A DNA stretch of 64,000 nucleotides from Candidatus Dojkabacteria bacterium (GCA_016182915.1 JACPFP010000002.1:230244-294243); one strand, 5' to 3'; positions 1 to 10,347 are shown, numbered from the stretch's first letter. Numbers and translations: made by a program. Notes: generated from the letters alone by a model not told the origin.

Positions 1-306
1 TACAGAGGATATAACCTCAAAACCAACCGCAATTAATACAGTTAAAACCCTTAGCCTTAAAGTTAAGTAAACAATGAAGTCAAAAAGAAATTTAAAGGGA
101 TTAGTTTTTCCAACAAGCTGAGAACCAAGTTTAGAAAACCAATGTTGTACCCTCGCAACAAATTTGTGAAAAACAGACCTATCATCATCCGTAAAAACGT
201 CAGTGTCCTGGTAAAGGTTATCCCCTTCCATCTCAAGTGTTTTTGCAAGATTTCTGAAACTAATACCACTCACACTTTGTAACGATTCGTCATCGTTTCT
301 TTTCAT
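1..306 (-). CDS. Hypothetical protein, N-terminal part (runs off window start); has a hydrophobic segment
   Basis: Hand translation from ATG at 306 gives MKRNDDESLQSVSG...LTVLIAVGFEVISSV with no stop to position 1; TATAAT lies 8 nt upstream. Confidence 0.75.
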   Translation of the reverse strand, partial: MKRNDDESLQSVSGISFRNLAKTLEMEGDNLYQDTDVFTDDDRSVFHKFVARVQHWFSKLGSQLVGKTNPFKFLFDFIVYLTLRLRVLTVLIAVGFEVISSV

Positions 307-326
307 AGTTCCTTATTATACCAGAT

Positions 327-1583
327 TTAGGCCTCGTGCAACTTGGCTAGGAATTCCTCATTGTTTTTCGTCTTCTTCATCTGACTTACAAGGACCTCTG
401 CAGGATTCTCATTTGAGTCCAATAGCTCAAGCATTCTTCTAATTCTCCATGACTGATTTAGAACTTCTTTTGAAAGAAGGTTCTCTTCATTTCTGGTACC
501 TGAACTTACAACGTCAATAGCTGGGTAGATTCTTCTGTTTGCAAGCTTTCTATCTAAATGGAGTTCCATGTTACCTGTACCTTTGAATTCTTCATAAACA
601 AGGTCATCCATCCTACTTCCAGTATCAACAAGTGCAGTTGCAATTATTGTTAGGCTACCACCCTCTTCGAAATTTCGTGCAGCACCAAAGAACTTTTTAG
701 GTGGATATAGTGCAACTGGGTCGAAACCTCCAGAAAGGGTCTTTCCTGAAGTTGGCATAGTAATGTTATAGGCACGCGCAAGACGTGTAATACTATCCAT
801 TAGTATAACAACATCCTCGCCCCACTCTACCATTCTCTTTGCTTTTTCGAGGGCCATTTCAGCAACTCTACAGTTATGCTCAGGGATTTCATCGAAGTTT
901 GAGGCAAATACCTCACCCTTAACGCTTCTTTGCATATCTGTAACCTCTTCAGGTCTCTCACCAACAAGCACAACAATAATCTTTGCTTCTTTATGATTCT
1001 TTGCAATACCATCAGCAATTGATTTCATTAACCATGTTTTTCCTGCTTTTGGAGGAGAAACAATCATAGATCTCTGACCAAAACCAATTGGAGAAAGTAG
1101 ATCGATGATCCTCGTAGATATAACATCAGACTCAGTTTCAAGCTTAATCTGTCTTTCAGGGAATATAGGGGTTAACCTATGAAAGAAAGGTCTAGAAGCT
1201 GCATCCCCTGCTGGTCTACCATAAACGGTATCAACCCTTAAGAGGCTTAAGTACTTCTCCTTATCCTTGGGTAACCTTGCAGGTCCTGTTACAACATCTC
1301 CAGATCTTAAACTAAACTTCTTAATCTGAGATCCAGATATATAGACATCATTCTCACCAGGTAGAACTCCATCGGTTCTTAATACCCCGTGTGAACCGTC
1401 ATTCATAACCTCGAGAATTCCTTCAACAGGAATAAAGCCTTCTTTCTCTGAAGACCTTTTAAGTATTTCAATGATTAAATCACGCTTAGGTAGCTCCATG
1501 AAGTCTTTCATGTCTAACTCTTTGGCGTGAACGCGCAAATCAGCAATTGTCTTGCTCTCTAAAACTTTGATAGTTGATTCCAT
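327..1583 (-). CDS. rho: Transcription termination factor Rho
   Basis: Walker [44 protein letters not shown]. Confidence 0.98.
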   Translation of the reverse strand: MESTIKVLESKTIADLRVHAKELDMKDFMELPKRDLIIEILKRSSEKEGFIPVEGILEVMNDGSHGVLRTDGVLPGENDVYISGSQIKKFSLRSGDVVTGPARLPKDKEKYLSLLRVDTVYGRPAGDAASRPFFHRLTPIFPERQIKLETESDVISTRIIDLLSPIGFGQRSMIVSPPKAGKTWLMKSIADGIAKNHKEAKIIVVLVGERPEEVTDMQRSVKGEVFASNFDEIPEHNCRVAEMALEKAKRMVEWGEDVVILMDSITRLARAYNITMPTSGKTLSGGFDPVALYPPKKFFGAARNFEEGGSLTIIATALVDTGSRMDDLVYEEFKGTGNMELHLDRKLANRRIYPAIDVVSSGTRNEENLLSKEVLNQSWRIRRMLELLDSNENPAEVLVSQMKKTKNNEEFLAKLHEA

Positions 1584-1648
1584 AATAAATAAGGGGAAAA
1601 TTTAAAGAAAATTAAACGAATAATATAGATATTTGGCAAATATAATTA

Positions 1649-1677
1649 AGTATATGAAAGAGAAATAAATATGTCAA
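1649..1677 (-). promoter_or_regulatory. Sigma70-type promoter of rho
   Basis: TTGACA (1677-1672), 17-nt spacer, TATACT (1654-1649). Confidence 0.75.
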
Positions 1678-1679
1678 AT

Positions 1680-1920
1680 AGAAAGGGTTGGGATCGGTAC
1701 TGCCCCGACCGACCCCGATCTTTTAGTACTCATATACGAAAAAATCGAAGTGCAAATTCTGCATCCATCCCCTTTTCCGAGGGCCCAGTAAATGGGGATA
1801 CCATAACCAAACCCTGGGAAAAAGGGACATTAAATCAAAGAATTTTCCATTTGCCCAGCAATGTTTCCCATCCCAGACAAAGGGAGAATCCTTTGATATC
1901 CACACCTCATTATTAAACAA
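1680..1920 (-). ncRNA. Candidate structured ncRNA of unknown family (three-way junction with twin 64-nt hairpins plus a 3' hairpin)
   Basis: Own consensus promoter; hand-folded stems rich in G-U pairs that only work on the - strand; 3' GC hairpin followed by T-rich sequence. Confidence 0.65.
1682..1720 (-). terminator. GC-rich hairpin, probable 3' end of the candidate ncRNA
   Basis: GGTCGG-GGCAGTA-CCGATC (alternative pairing GATCGG/CCGATC) followed by CCAACCCTTTCTATTT. Confidence 0.5.
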
Positions 1921-1926
1921 CTGTAC

Positions 1927-1956
1927 ATTATAGCCCATACATAAATAGTATGTCAA
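1927..1956 (-). promoter_or_regulatory. Consensus sigma70 promoter driving the candidate ncRNA
   Basis: TTGACA (1956-1951), 18-nt spacer, TATAAT (1932-1927). Confidence 0.8.
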
Positions 1957-2073
1957 CCTATAACACTTATACACATCAAGTAGGAGAAGTATACTTAAAT
2001 ATAGAATATGCAATTGCTTACGTCAACGGGTATTTGAGGCCTATATTAAGAACTCCCTTCTAGCGACCTCTCC

Positions 2074-2114
2074 TTATGTTACGATTATGTTTTACGTATA
2101 ACTATGTTACGTAA
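2074..2114. repeat. Three tandem TATGTT(TT)ACG motifs
   Basis: TTATGTTACG 2074-2083, TTATGTTTTACG 2085-2096, CTATGTTACG 2102-2111. Confidence 0.5.
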
Positions 2115-2143
2115 GTAGTGGGTAGATGTTGATAAAAAAATAT

Positions 2144-3487
2144 CTAAAGACTCGATATATCTCGAAGAAGCTTAGTCTCCAAGGAAGTTTTCAGCTTTGA
2201 GACTTTTGGCAGTACCACAAGTGAATATCCCAACCTTTTTGACTCTTTTAGTACCATTTCAGCTGCAAAGCCGCCTCTAACCTCACCCGTCAAACCAACC
2301 TCTCCCCAGTAAACTGTATCATTCTTGAGGACCTTTTCGTTCACAGCAGATTTGATTGCAGCGCATACCGCAAGATCAATCGTTGGATTATCAATATTAA
2401 TTCCACCTACAATATTTACAAAGACGTCCTTATCCCCCAAAAATACCTTACCACGCTTTGTAAGTACCGCACACAACATATCTAATCTTGGCTTCTTTAT
2501 ACCATTTGCCACCCTCCTTAATGGACCTGATTCCATACCTCTTTCATTGACTAAGGCCTGCACTTCAACAAAAACGACTCTTGATCCTTGCATAACAGCA
2601 CCAATTGCACTTCCAGACATTCCACCCTCACCTTCAAGAAATAGTTTCGATGAGTTTGCGACTTCACTTAATCCTGTTTCATTCATTTCGAAAACTCCTA
2701 TCTCATTTGTAGAACCAAACCTGTTTTTTATAGACCTTAAAACCCTAAAGGAGTTAAATTCTCCACCTTCAAAGTGTAATACGGTATCAACAACATGTTC
2801 CAGAACTTTTGGTCCTGCGATACTCCCTTCTTTATTTATCTGGCCCACAACAACTATTGGTACACCAGTACTTTTTGCCAATCTTGTAAGGAGGGCTCCA
2901 CAAACCCTAACCTGCCCAATACTACCAGCGGAGCTCCTAACAACCTCTGACTCAAGAGATTGAATTGAATCCACTATAACAAACGAAGGCTCCTGACTGC
3001 TGATCAATTCGGCAATCCCTTCAAGGGAAGTTTCATCTGAGAGAAGGAGATTTTCACTATAGGTAGAATTATTACCCACCCTAGATATCCTAGAGTAAAT
3101 CTGAGATATTGATTCCTCTCCTGATATATATAAAACCTTATTATCAGCAGATACTTTCAATGCAATTTGTAAAAGAATGGTAGATTTACCAATTCCTGGT
3201 TCCCCTGCTACCAATGTAATACTCCCAGGAACCATACCACCTCCCATAACCCTATCAAATTCAACAAATCCCGACGATATCCTCGTCATAGTGGTTTGTT
3301 TCTTCTTGGAAAGATTTGATATGGATATAACATTAGGCGCTCCCCTCTTCTTACCGCTTCCTTTCGAGGTTTTTGAACCGACTTTCTGATCCAAAGCTTC
3401 TGCAAGACTATCCCACTGCCCGCAAGCAGAACACTTTCCCGACCATTTCGGGAACTCACCTCCACAGTTTGTGCAGTAGTAGTTCAT
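2144..3487 (-). CDS. radA: DNA repair protein RadA/Sms
   Basis: N-terminal C4 zinc finger, GEPGIGKST, KNRFG, Lon-like C-terminus (GEVGLTGEVR). Confidence 0.97.
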   Translation of the reverse strand: MNYYCTNCGGEFPKWSGKCSACGQWDSLAEALDQKVGSKTSKGSGKKRGAPNVISISNLSKKKQTTMTRISSGFVEFDRVMGGGMVPGSITLVAGEPGIGKSTILLQIALKVSADNKVLYISGEESISQIYSRISRVGNNSTYSENLLLSDETSLEGIAELISSQEPSFVIVDSIQSLESEVVRSSAGSIGQVRVCGALLTRLAKSTGVPIVVVGQINKEGSIAGPKVLEHVVDTVLHFEGGEFNSFRVLRSIKNRFGSTNEIGVFEMNETGLSEVANSSKLFLEGEGGMSGSAIGAVMQGSRVVFVEVQALVNERGMESGPLRRVANGIKKPRLDMLCAVLTKRGKVFLGDKDVFVNIVGGINIDNPTIDLAVCAAIKSAVNEKVLKNDTVYWGEVGLTGEVRGGFAAEMVLKESKRLGYSLVVLPKVSKLKTSLETKLLRDISSL

Positions 3488-5976
3488 TAGTTGGAAACTA
3501 TAATTTTGTGATCCTTGAGTGTCAGAGAGAGACTATTAACCTTCCCTTTCACATTACTCTCAGTATCGTGTGAAAGAATATAGTTGGCAATTACGTTCTC
3601 AACTGTATCTTGAATCATCCTTCTTAAAGGCCTTGCCCCATACTCTTCACTAAAGCCCTCACTAACAATAAAGGTCTTCACCTTGCTATCTATGGTAACT
3701 TTAATACCTTGATTCTTCAACCTATCGTTTAACTCGTTAATTAATAGTTCTACAATCTTTGAGGCATCATCCCTCGTTAAGGCTCTGAATATAACAATAT
3801 CATCTAGCCTGTTTATTAATTCAGGTCTTAATGTATCCCTAAGCTCTTTCATCAAGGTTTCTTTCATAGATTCATATGCTTTTTCGAGATTTTCTGTTTC
3901 TACTTTCTCTTCACGGTTTCTAATGAACCCAAGGACCTTATCTTTTCTTATCTCTTCAGCTCCTATATTTGAGGTTAGGATAATCACGGTATTTTTGAAG
4001 TTCACCTTCCTACCTTTTCCATCTGTTAAATGACCATATTCAAGTATCTGTAAAAGGATATTTAATACGTCTGGATGGGCCTTTTCTATCTCGTCAAAGA
4101 GAATTACGGAGTGTGGGTGCTGTCTAATTCTCTCAGTTAACTGACCGCCTTCTCGATATCCGACATAACCAGGAGGAGATCCAATCAGCTTGGAGACACT
4201 ATGCATTTCCATCATCTCGCTCATATCAATCTGCATTAGTCGATCTTCATCGCCGAATAATTCATGGGTCAAAACCTTGGCAAGTTCTGTCTTTCCTACA
4301 CCCGTTGGGCCAAGAAAAAGGAATGATGCCCATGGCCTTCCTTCATCTGAGATTCCAGTTCGTGCTCTTTTTATAGCGCTAGAGACGGCCTCTACCGCCT
4401 CATTCTGACCAACAACCTTTCGATCTAAGCTCTTATTTAAGTTTAAAAGGGAAGACTTCTCGTTACCTCCCAACGTTGAAACTGGTATCCCTGTCCACTT
4501 TGAAACAACGTTTCTAATAGTGTTAACATCCACCTCATAATCATGGCTTTTCTGGCTTTTACTCCTGCTCGCTTCAAGACTTTTTACCTCTTTTTTGATA
4601 GCTAGCTCATCATTTTTCAGTTCAAGAGCCTCATCCATGAGACCACGTTTAATGTAATCTTCTTTCTCATCTTGAATATCCCTAAGCTCACCAAGAAGGG
4701 TGGATATTTGAGAGTACTCCTTCTCTACATCAAGCTTTCTTGTGGCACTCGCCTCATCCAATAGATCAATCGCTTTATCTGGAAGATACCTATCACTTAC
4801 ATATCTATCCGACAGGCGAACAGCTGTCTCAAAAGCTTCCTTGCCAATCCTTACATTGTGATGTTCCTCAAGGATAGGTTTTATCCGTTTTAAAATCCTA
4901 ATTGTATCCTCGACCGACATCTCATCTACCTGTACAACCTGAAATCTGCGAACCAAGGCATTATCTTCCTCCATATATTTTGTATATTCTGACATAGTTG
5001 TAGCTCCAATACACCTGAAATTCCCTCTTGTTAAAGCAGGTTTAAGAATTCCCGCAAGATCGGAAGGCATTCCAGGAATACCTGAATTCAAAACGTTATG
5101 AATCTCATCAATGAAAAGAATTATATCCGGGGAAGCCGTGACCTCCCTGATTACAGCCATCATTTTTTCCTCAACATCTCCTCGCATCTTGCTTCCGGCA
5201 ATGATACTAGAGACATCAAGAAGAATAATTCTGCTATCTCTGAGGGAATTAGTAACATCGCCATTCGCAACTCTCTGAGCTAAAGCTTCTACCAAAGCAG
5301 TCTTTCCAACTCCGGCTTCTCCAACTATTAATGGGTTGTTTTTCTTTCTTCTGGAAAGGATATTTATGATCTTATCCAGTTCCGCATCCCTACCGATAAT
5401 TGGATCAAGTTCCCCATCCTTGGCCTCTTTAACAAGGTCTCTTCCATAGACAGCTAGAGCAGACTGCTCTATATGCATACTCATCCCTTCTGGGTTTGAA
5501 AGTATTCCAGCTGGATATGTAGCGAAGTTTAAAAGGGCCTCTTCAAAGCTCTCATAGTCTAATCCCTGCTTATATATAATCTTCGTATCAGGACTTTTAT
5601 CATCCTTTAAAATTGAGAGAAGGATATGCTCAGTTCCTACATAAACGTGAGACATCTTATTCGCAAGGGCATATGCCCCTCTTATAACTTTATTTGACTC
5701 ACTTGAGAGTGTAATATTTATCTCTGAGAACTTCTCAATACTAAGCCCTGTTACGGCTCCACCAACAATAGATTCGACTATAACATTAACATCAAATCCC
5801 ATCGTCTTTACGGTTCTCGAAGCAAGAGATTTAGAATTCAAGATTAAACCAACAAATATATGTATAGGTTTTACATCTTCCGAACCCATTGATTTAGAAA
5901 TTTCCAGGGCAATTCTCAATGAAGTCTTTGCGTTCTCGCTTAATTTTGAGAGTACAGAAGAATCTTTTTTCTGCAT
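3487..5976 (-). CDS. clpC: ATP-dependent Clp protease ATP-binding subunit (ClpC-like)
   Basis: Clp N repeats, two AAA modules (GEAGVGKT, GPTGVGKT), LIGSPPGYVGY, short coiled-coil middle domain, LGF loop. Confidence 0.93.
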   Translation of the reverse strand: MQKKDSSVLSKLSENAKTSLRIALEISKSMGSEDVKPIHIFVGLILNSKSLASRTVKTMGFDVNVIVESIVGGAVTGLSIEKFSEINITLSSESNKVIRGAYALANKMSHVYVGTEHILLSILKDDKSPDTKIIYKQGLDYESFEEALLNFATYPAGILSNPEGMSMHIEQSALAVYGRDLVKEAKDGELDPIIGRDAELDKIINILSRRKKNNPLIVGEAGVGKTALVEALAQRVANGDVTNSLRDSRIILLDVSSIIAGSKMRGDVEEKMMAVIREVTASPDIILFIDEIHNVLNSGIPGMPSDLAGILKPALTRGNFRCIGATTMSEYTKYMEEDNALVRRFQVVQVDEMSVEDTIRILKRIKPILEEHHNVRIGKEAFETAVRLSDRYVSDRYLPDKAIDLLDEASATRKLDVEKEYSQISTLLGELRDIQDEKEDYIKRGLMDEALELKNDELAIKKEVKSLEASRSKSQKSHDYEVDVNTIRNVVSKWTGIPVSTLGGNEKSSLLNLNKSLDRKVVGQNEAVEAVSSAIKRARTGISDEGRPWASFLFLGPTGVGKTELAKVLTHELFGDEDRLMQIDMSEMMEMHSVSKLIGSPPGYVGYREGGQLTERIRQHPHSVILFDEIEKAHPDVLNILLQILEYGHLTDGKGRKVNFKNTVIILTSNIGAEEIRKDKVLGFIRNREEKVETENLEKAYESMKETLMKELRDTLRPELINRLDDIVIFRALTRDDASKIVELLINELNDRLKNQGIKVTIDSKVKTFIVSEGFSEEYGARPLRRMIQDTVENVIANYILSHDTESNVKGKVNSLSLTLKDHKIIVSN

Positions 5977-6032
5977 AGGAAACAACCAATATAATTAACT
6001 AGGAAATTATATCACGAGAGTTCCCAAGGAGA

Positions 6033-7394
6033 TTACTCCTGTGGGACCTCCTGTGCGATAGCTTCGTTAACAGCAGCTTCCAGCTCTTGCTTAGAGAGTT
6101 TCTTAGAAGCCTTCTTAGTTGTATCTTTCTCTGAAACAGCCTTAAGACTCAATCCTAAGTGTCTTTCAGTTGATGAGATAGAAAGGATCTTAACTTTAAC
6201 CTTATCCCCTTCCTTAACAATATCTGAAGGATCTTTAACAAGTTTATCTGACATCTCTGAGATATGTACAAGACCATTTAATCCATTTCCAACTCTTACA
6301 AATGCTCCATAAGGAACAACTTTCTGAATCTCACCATCAACAATATCACCAAGTTGGTACTTGGAAATTGCCTCTGACCATGGATCTTTCTGAAGTCTCT
6401 TGACACTGTATGCAACTCTCTTTCCACCATCAAATATTCCTATAACCATTACATCAACAAGTGATCCTGGTTGATATAGAACTCCAACATCCTCAACCTT
6501 ATCCCATGACAATTCTGAGAGGTGAACAAGACCTTCAAGGCCTGCAGCATTAACAAAAATTCCAAATGGTGCAATACCACTGACGGTTCCGTGTAACACA
6601 TCTCCCTCTTTAACCTTTCTTAATGTCTCATCTCTCTGCTCAATATCTCTGGCCTGGGTAACCATCTTCTCGGAGAGGATAACTCTGTTCTTCTCTCTGT
6701 CTAACTCAATAATCTTGGCATTAATTGCCTGACCGATTAATGATGTAAGTCTCTTCTGAACTTTAGCTGAAATATCTTTACCAACGGTTCTAACACCACT
6801 TGCATATACTCTAGACGCATCAAGTTGGGATGTTGGGATGAATCCACGAACATCTTTACCTAATTCAACTATAAGGCCACCGTTATTTGATTCCACAACT
6901 GTAGCTTCAACAACATCATTCTTAAGTTTAGCCTCTTCAAGTTTAAGCCAGATTCCAGCCTGCTTAGTTCTTCTAATAGAGAGAACTAACTGACCCTGAT
7001 CATCTTCTGGTTTAACAACATAGACAAGCATTGTATCCCCAACCTTTACAGTTGAAAGATCAAAACCATCTGCTTTCAATTCTCTTCCTGCAACAATACC
7101 CTCTGACTTATATCCGACATCAATAACCAACATTCCAGACCTTACATCCATAACAACACCTTCAACAATATCGCCCTTGGAAAGGTTCTTTAGCTGGTGA
7201 GAACTATCTGTAATGTATGACTCCAATCTAGAGTATAGGGCATCGGAATCTGTAGAGAGTGGTTTTACAGCTTTAGGTGTAACAGGAGCTTTTACTGCCT
7301 TTGGTTTCTCAACCTTAGGTGTGACAACCTTCTTCGTAGTAGTCTTTGTAACTTTCTTAGCTACTTTAGACTTTGTTTTAACTTCTTTTTCCAT
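6033..7394 (-). CDS. rpsA: 30S ribosomal protein S1 (four S1 domains, Lys-rich N-terminal extension)
   Basis: DVGYKSEG, GFIPTSQL, GLVHLSELSW, GLVHISEMS; ATG at 7394 preferred as start. Confidence 0.92.
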   Translation of the reverse strand: MEKEVKTKSKVAKKVTKTTTKKVVTPKVEKPKAVKAPVTPKAVKPLSTDSDALYSRLESYITDSSHQLKNLSKGDIVEGVVMDVRSGMLVIDVGYKSEGIVAGRELKADGFDLSTVKVGDTMLVYVVKPEDDQGQLVLSIRRTKQAGIWLKLEEAKLKNDVVEATVVESNNGGLIVELGKDVRGFIPTSQLDASRVYASGVRTVGKDISAKVQKRLTSLIGQAINAKIIELDREKNRVILSEKMVTQARDIEQRDETLRKVKEGDVLHGTVSGIAPFGIFVNAAGLEGLVHLSELSWDKVEDVGVLYQPGSLVDVMVIGIFDGGKRVAYSVKRLQKDPWSEAISKYQLGDIVDGEIQKVVPYGAFVRVGNGLNGLVHISEMSDKLVKDPSDIVKEGDKVKVKILSISSTERHLGLSLKAVSEKDTTKKASKKLSKQELEAAVNEAIAQEVPQE

Positions 7395-7538
7395 AACTTT
7401 AATTAATATCTCTACTCCCACGGAAAGAGTTTCAATATATTTATATTCAAATATTATTTACCCGTGCAAAGGCGATTATAGCAGATAAAAAGGCTTCAGG
7501 CTACCCTCAAACAACAGTATCACAATATTATAATCTTC

Positions 7539-8117
7539 CTACCTATTTTCAAGAATAAATTTCAATAGGACTCCTAAACTTCTATCTTCCTTGAAACCAC
7601 CCTTAAGACAGATATCCATAGCTTCATCAAACGTAAACCACTCAACGCGAATATCTTCCCCAACTTCTAATTTCTGCCCATCGTTCAATTCTACATAATC
7701 GGTAGCTATAAAATAGTAGAGATCCCACTCTACTGTAGCTCCATTCTTAGAGGTATGGTAGTGAGTAACGGCTTTAACTTCAATTCCGGCCTCTTGAGCG
7801 GCTTCAGCTTCAACAGCGTCCTTTGCCACAGAGAGAATATCTTTTCCACTATTAAGAAACTCTACGTATTGAGTTAGGGTATCAAATACCTTTCCACCTG
7901 GTAATCTGTAATCCCAATCATTCATCTCTCTTCTAAATTCTTTCGTAAGGAGAATTCTTTTATCCTTTGATAACACAATTAGCCTAGTACCCGGAGACCT
8001 TCTCGCCCACTCAAAAGTAACTTGTTTGTCCCCTATCTTCATATCCTGCTGTACGACCTCCAGAATCTTTCCTTTGTACATAGACTCAATATCTGAGACC
8101 GGTATTGGCTTAGACAT
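7539..8117 (-). CDS. NUDIX hydrolase
   Basis: LPGGK...EAAQEAG variant Nudix box with an insertion. Confidence 0.8.
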   Translation of the reverse strand: MSKPIPVSDIESMYKGKILEVVQQDMKIGDKQVTFEWARRSPGTRLIVLSKDKRILLTKEFRREMNDWDYRLPGGKVFDTLTQYVEFLNSGKDILSVAKDAVEAEAAQEAGIEVKAVTHYHTSKNGATVEWDLYYFIATDYVELNDGQKLEVGEDIRVEWFTFDEAMDICLKGGFKEDRSLGVLLKFILENR

Positions 8118-8156
8118 ATTATTATAACAATAATTTATATACCCCCGTAGGTATAT

Positions 8157-8792
8157 TTATTCCCCTACGGGTAACGTTTTGCAGTAACTACACGTATCTC
8201 TAAATACGCACTTTGTAGAATTCATATTCGCCCTGCAAATATACCTACCATAGAGTACAAAGTACCTATTAATCTTCCACCAATCTACTTTTGGGTAGAT
8301 CTTTTCTAAATCTTTTGCAATTTTATCTGGATCTTTATGTTTTGTTAGTCCTAATCTTTGAGATACTCTAGCTACGTGTGTATCAACTGCAATACCTTCA
8401 TTCTTTATATATAGATCATTTAAGAAAACATTTGCGGTCTTATTCCCTACCCCAGGTAACTTTATGAGTTCCTTTGTTGTAACTGGAACTAGAGAATTAT
8501 ACTCTTCAACAAGTATTCTAGAGAGTTCGATTATATGCTTCGCTTTTGTTTTGAAGTAGTTAACATACCTTATTATATTTTCAACGTCATTTAGGGTGGC
8601 TTTAGACATCAGCAGGGGAGTTGGATATTTCTTAAAAAGAGCAGGTGTAACAGAATTAACTCCTTTATCTGTAGTTTGAGCAGAGAGTACAATACATATT
8701 AGAAATTGAAATGGTGTATCCCAGTTTACCAGCTCGCTTTGAGCATTAGGAAAGAGAGATTCCATTTTGGAGAGGATTATATCTGGTTTCAT
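8157..8792 (-). CDS. nth: Endonuclease III
   Basis: LSAQTTD, HhH motif LPGVGNKTA, AVDTHV, C-terminal Cys cluster. Confidence 0.95.
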   Translation of the reverse strand: MKPDIILSKMESLFPNAQSELVNWDTPFQFLICIVLSAQTTDKGVNSVTPALFKKYPTPLLMSKATLNDVENIIRYVNYFKTKAKHIIELSRILVEEYNSLVPVTTKELIKLPGVGNKTANVFLNDLYIKNEGIAVDTHVARVSQRLGLTKHKDPDKIAKDLEKIYPKVDWWKINRYFVLYGRYICRANMNSTKCVFRDTCSYCKTLPVGE

Positions 8793-8827
8793 CCTTAAAT
8801 CTATCAATAAGAATTCTTAATGTCTAA

Positions 8828-10189
8828 CTACTTGTTTTCGTCACCATATAACAATTCCTTTAGTCGTGGGACTAAAGCATCCTTTGAAAATATCTCATCT
8901 CTCTCTGAATCATAGGTGTTAATGGCATCAACATTTGGAAGAACCCCAGCAAGTATCCTGTACATAGTAGCCCTTCTTACGTATATACCAAACTCAGCAT
9001 TATCGAATTCATCATGACCTTCTCGCCCTTCTGTCGCTCTGGCATAGGCAATTGATACAGGAGTATCTATAACTGCTATCTTATATGGGTTAAGAAAAAA
9101 GTCTCGGATAAACTCATCAACTGCCTCACCGAATTTAACTGGACGATCTACATACGCAATATTTGTAAGACTTGATCTGTCCAATACAATGTTTTGAAAT
9201 ATGGTAAAAGGTTCAAATTTAGAATTAAGGTATGTGAAGATACTTCTGATAAAACGATACGCCATGATGGTTAAGTCTCCTTTCAAAGCGCTCTTCCTTG
9301 AGGCATTAAATACTTCCAACTCCAACCCATAATCAATATAATCACTGTATCCTTCAAAAAACTTTTTCATTTTAGGGTCGTTTGGATGAGCAATAGGTAA
9401 TACAACTCTTCCTAATTTATCTAATAAAGATGTTTTTCCAGACCCATCTATCCCACATACAGCACAAAGTGAGTGCTCACCTCTTGGTTGATACTTAGTC
9501 CTATATTCACCACTTCCTGTCGGTTCAAAGTGCTTCCAGGATAATACTTTACTCATCTCATCGTAATGCATTCTTATATTTCCTATTAATGGATCTATAC
9601 CCAGCTTCACTAGTTTTTCTCCTAACTCTTTGTGGAATAAGTTAGTACGGTTATCGTCATCAATTATATAGTCGTACATTTGCTTCGAGAAGTTCCGATA
9701 ATTCAACTTATCATAGTGATTAGGTCCAAAGTGCAACATAGATAGGTGCGCATTAAGGTTTGTACCTATTTGAACCAATAAATCTGCGTCGTCATGGTAT
9801 TGCCTGTTCTCTTCTAATGTTTTCCATATTGAAAACCCAAGAAAAGTATCAACACTCGTTGTAATTTGCTTCTCAAGTGTGAAGTGGTTCTCGTACTTTG
9901 AGTCCTTACTCATGTCAACGCCGAAATAGTTTCTCCACATATCAGTATCTTCAACTACACCAAAATCACCTGTGTGCTCCTTAAGTACAGAAATTACATC
10001 CTCCTGAAAGTTGACATTAAAAGTATTTAGATAATTTAAAAATGCCTCTGCTACGGCTTTGGTTGTGGGGGTGTACGGATCTTCAAATTCCGGCCTCCCT
10101 AATGGTACTCTTCCAAATCCCCACTCACTAGTTTTACCCGTGGTGCAGCGAATAATCGTACTTTCTAAAATGGAAGTCTTAACTGCCAT
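8828..10189 (-). CDS. Hypothetical protein with a C-terminal thymidylate-kinase-like P-loop domain
   Basis: GIDGSGKTS, VLDRSSLTNIAY, IDTPVSIAYAR; about 240 N-terminal residues unrecognised. Confidence 0.65.
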   Translation of the reverse strand: MAVKTSILESTIIRCTTGKTSEWGFGRVPLGRPEFEDPYTPTTKAVAEAFLNYLNTFNVNFQEDVISVLKEHTGDFGVVEDTDMWRNYFGVDMSKDSKYENHFTLEKQITTSVDTFLGFSIWKTLEENRQYHDDADLLVQIGTNLNAHLSMLHFGPNHYDKLNYRNFSKQMYDYIIDDDNRTNLFHKELGEKLVKLGIDPLIGNIRMHYDEMSKVLSWKHFEPTGSGEYRTKYQPRGEHSLCAVCGIDGSGKTSLLDKLGRVVLPIAHPNDPKMKKFFEGYSDYIDYGLELEVFNASRKSALKGDLTIMAYRFIRSIFTYLNSKFEPFTIFQNIVLDRSSLTNIAYVDRPVKFGEAVDEFIRDFFLNPYKIAVIDTPVSIAYARATEGREGHDEFDNAEFGIYVRRATMYRILAGVLPNVDAINTYDSERDEIFSKDALVPRLKELLYGDENK

Positions 10190-10347
10190 ATTATTATAAT
10201 TAGCTAAATATTGGCAGTATTTACATACGGATTATACCATTGATAAAGAAAAATCGGCATATGCCAGAGTGGAATATAAACATTCTTAACTCTGGTATAC
10301 CAATAAGTTTAACGATTACAGTTATAAAAGTCTTATACATATTTCCA

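Noticed and set aside
1723-2013. 96-aa ORF on the - strand (and 81-aa ORF on the + strand) between radA and rho
   Set aside because: Both N-terminal Met codons lie upstream of or within the promoter, the composition is odd (Trp/Phe/Gly), and the region is better explained by RNA structure; a short peptide cannot be fully excluded
10259-10310. Inverted repeat TGCCAGAGT/ACTCTGGTA downstream of the rRNA terminator
   Set aside because: Single imperfect hairpin with a large loop and no promoter or other support
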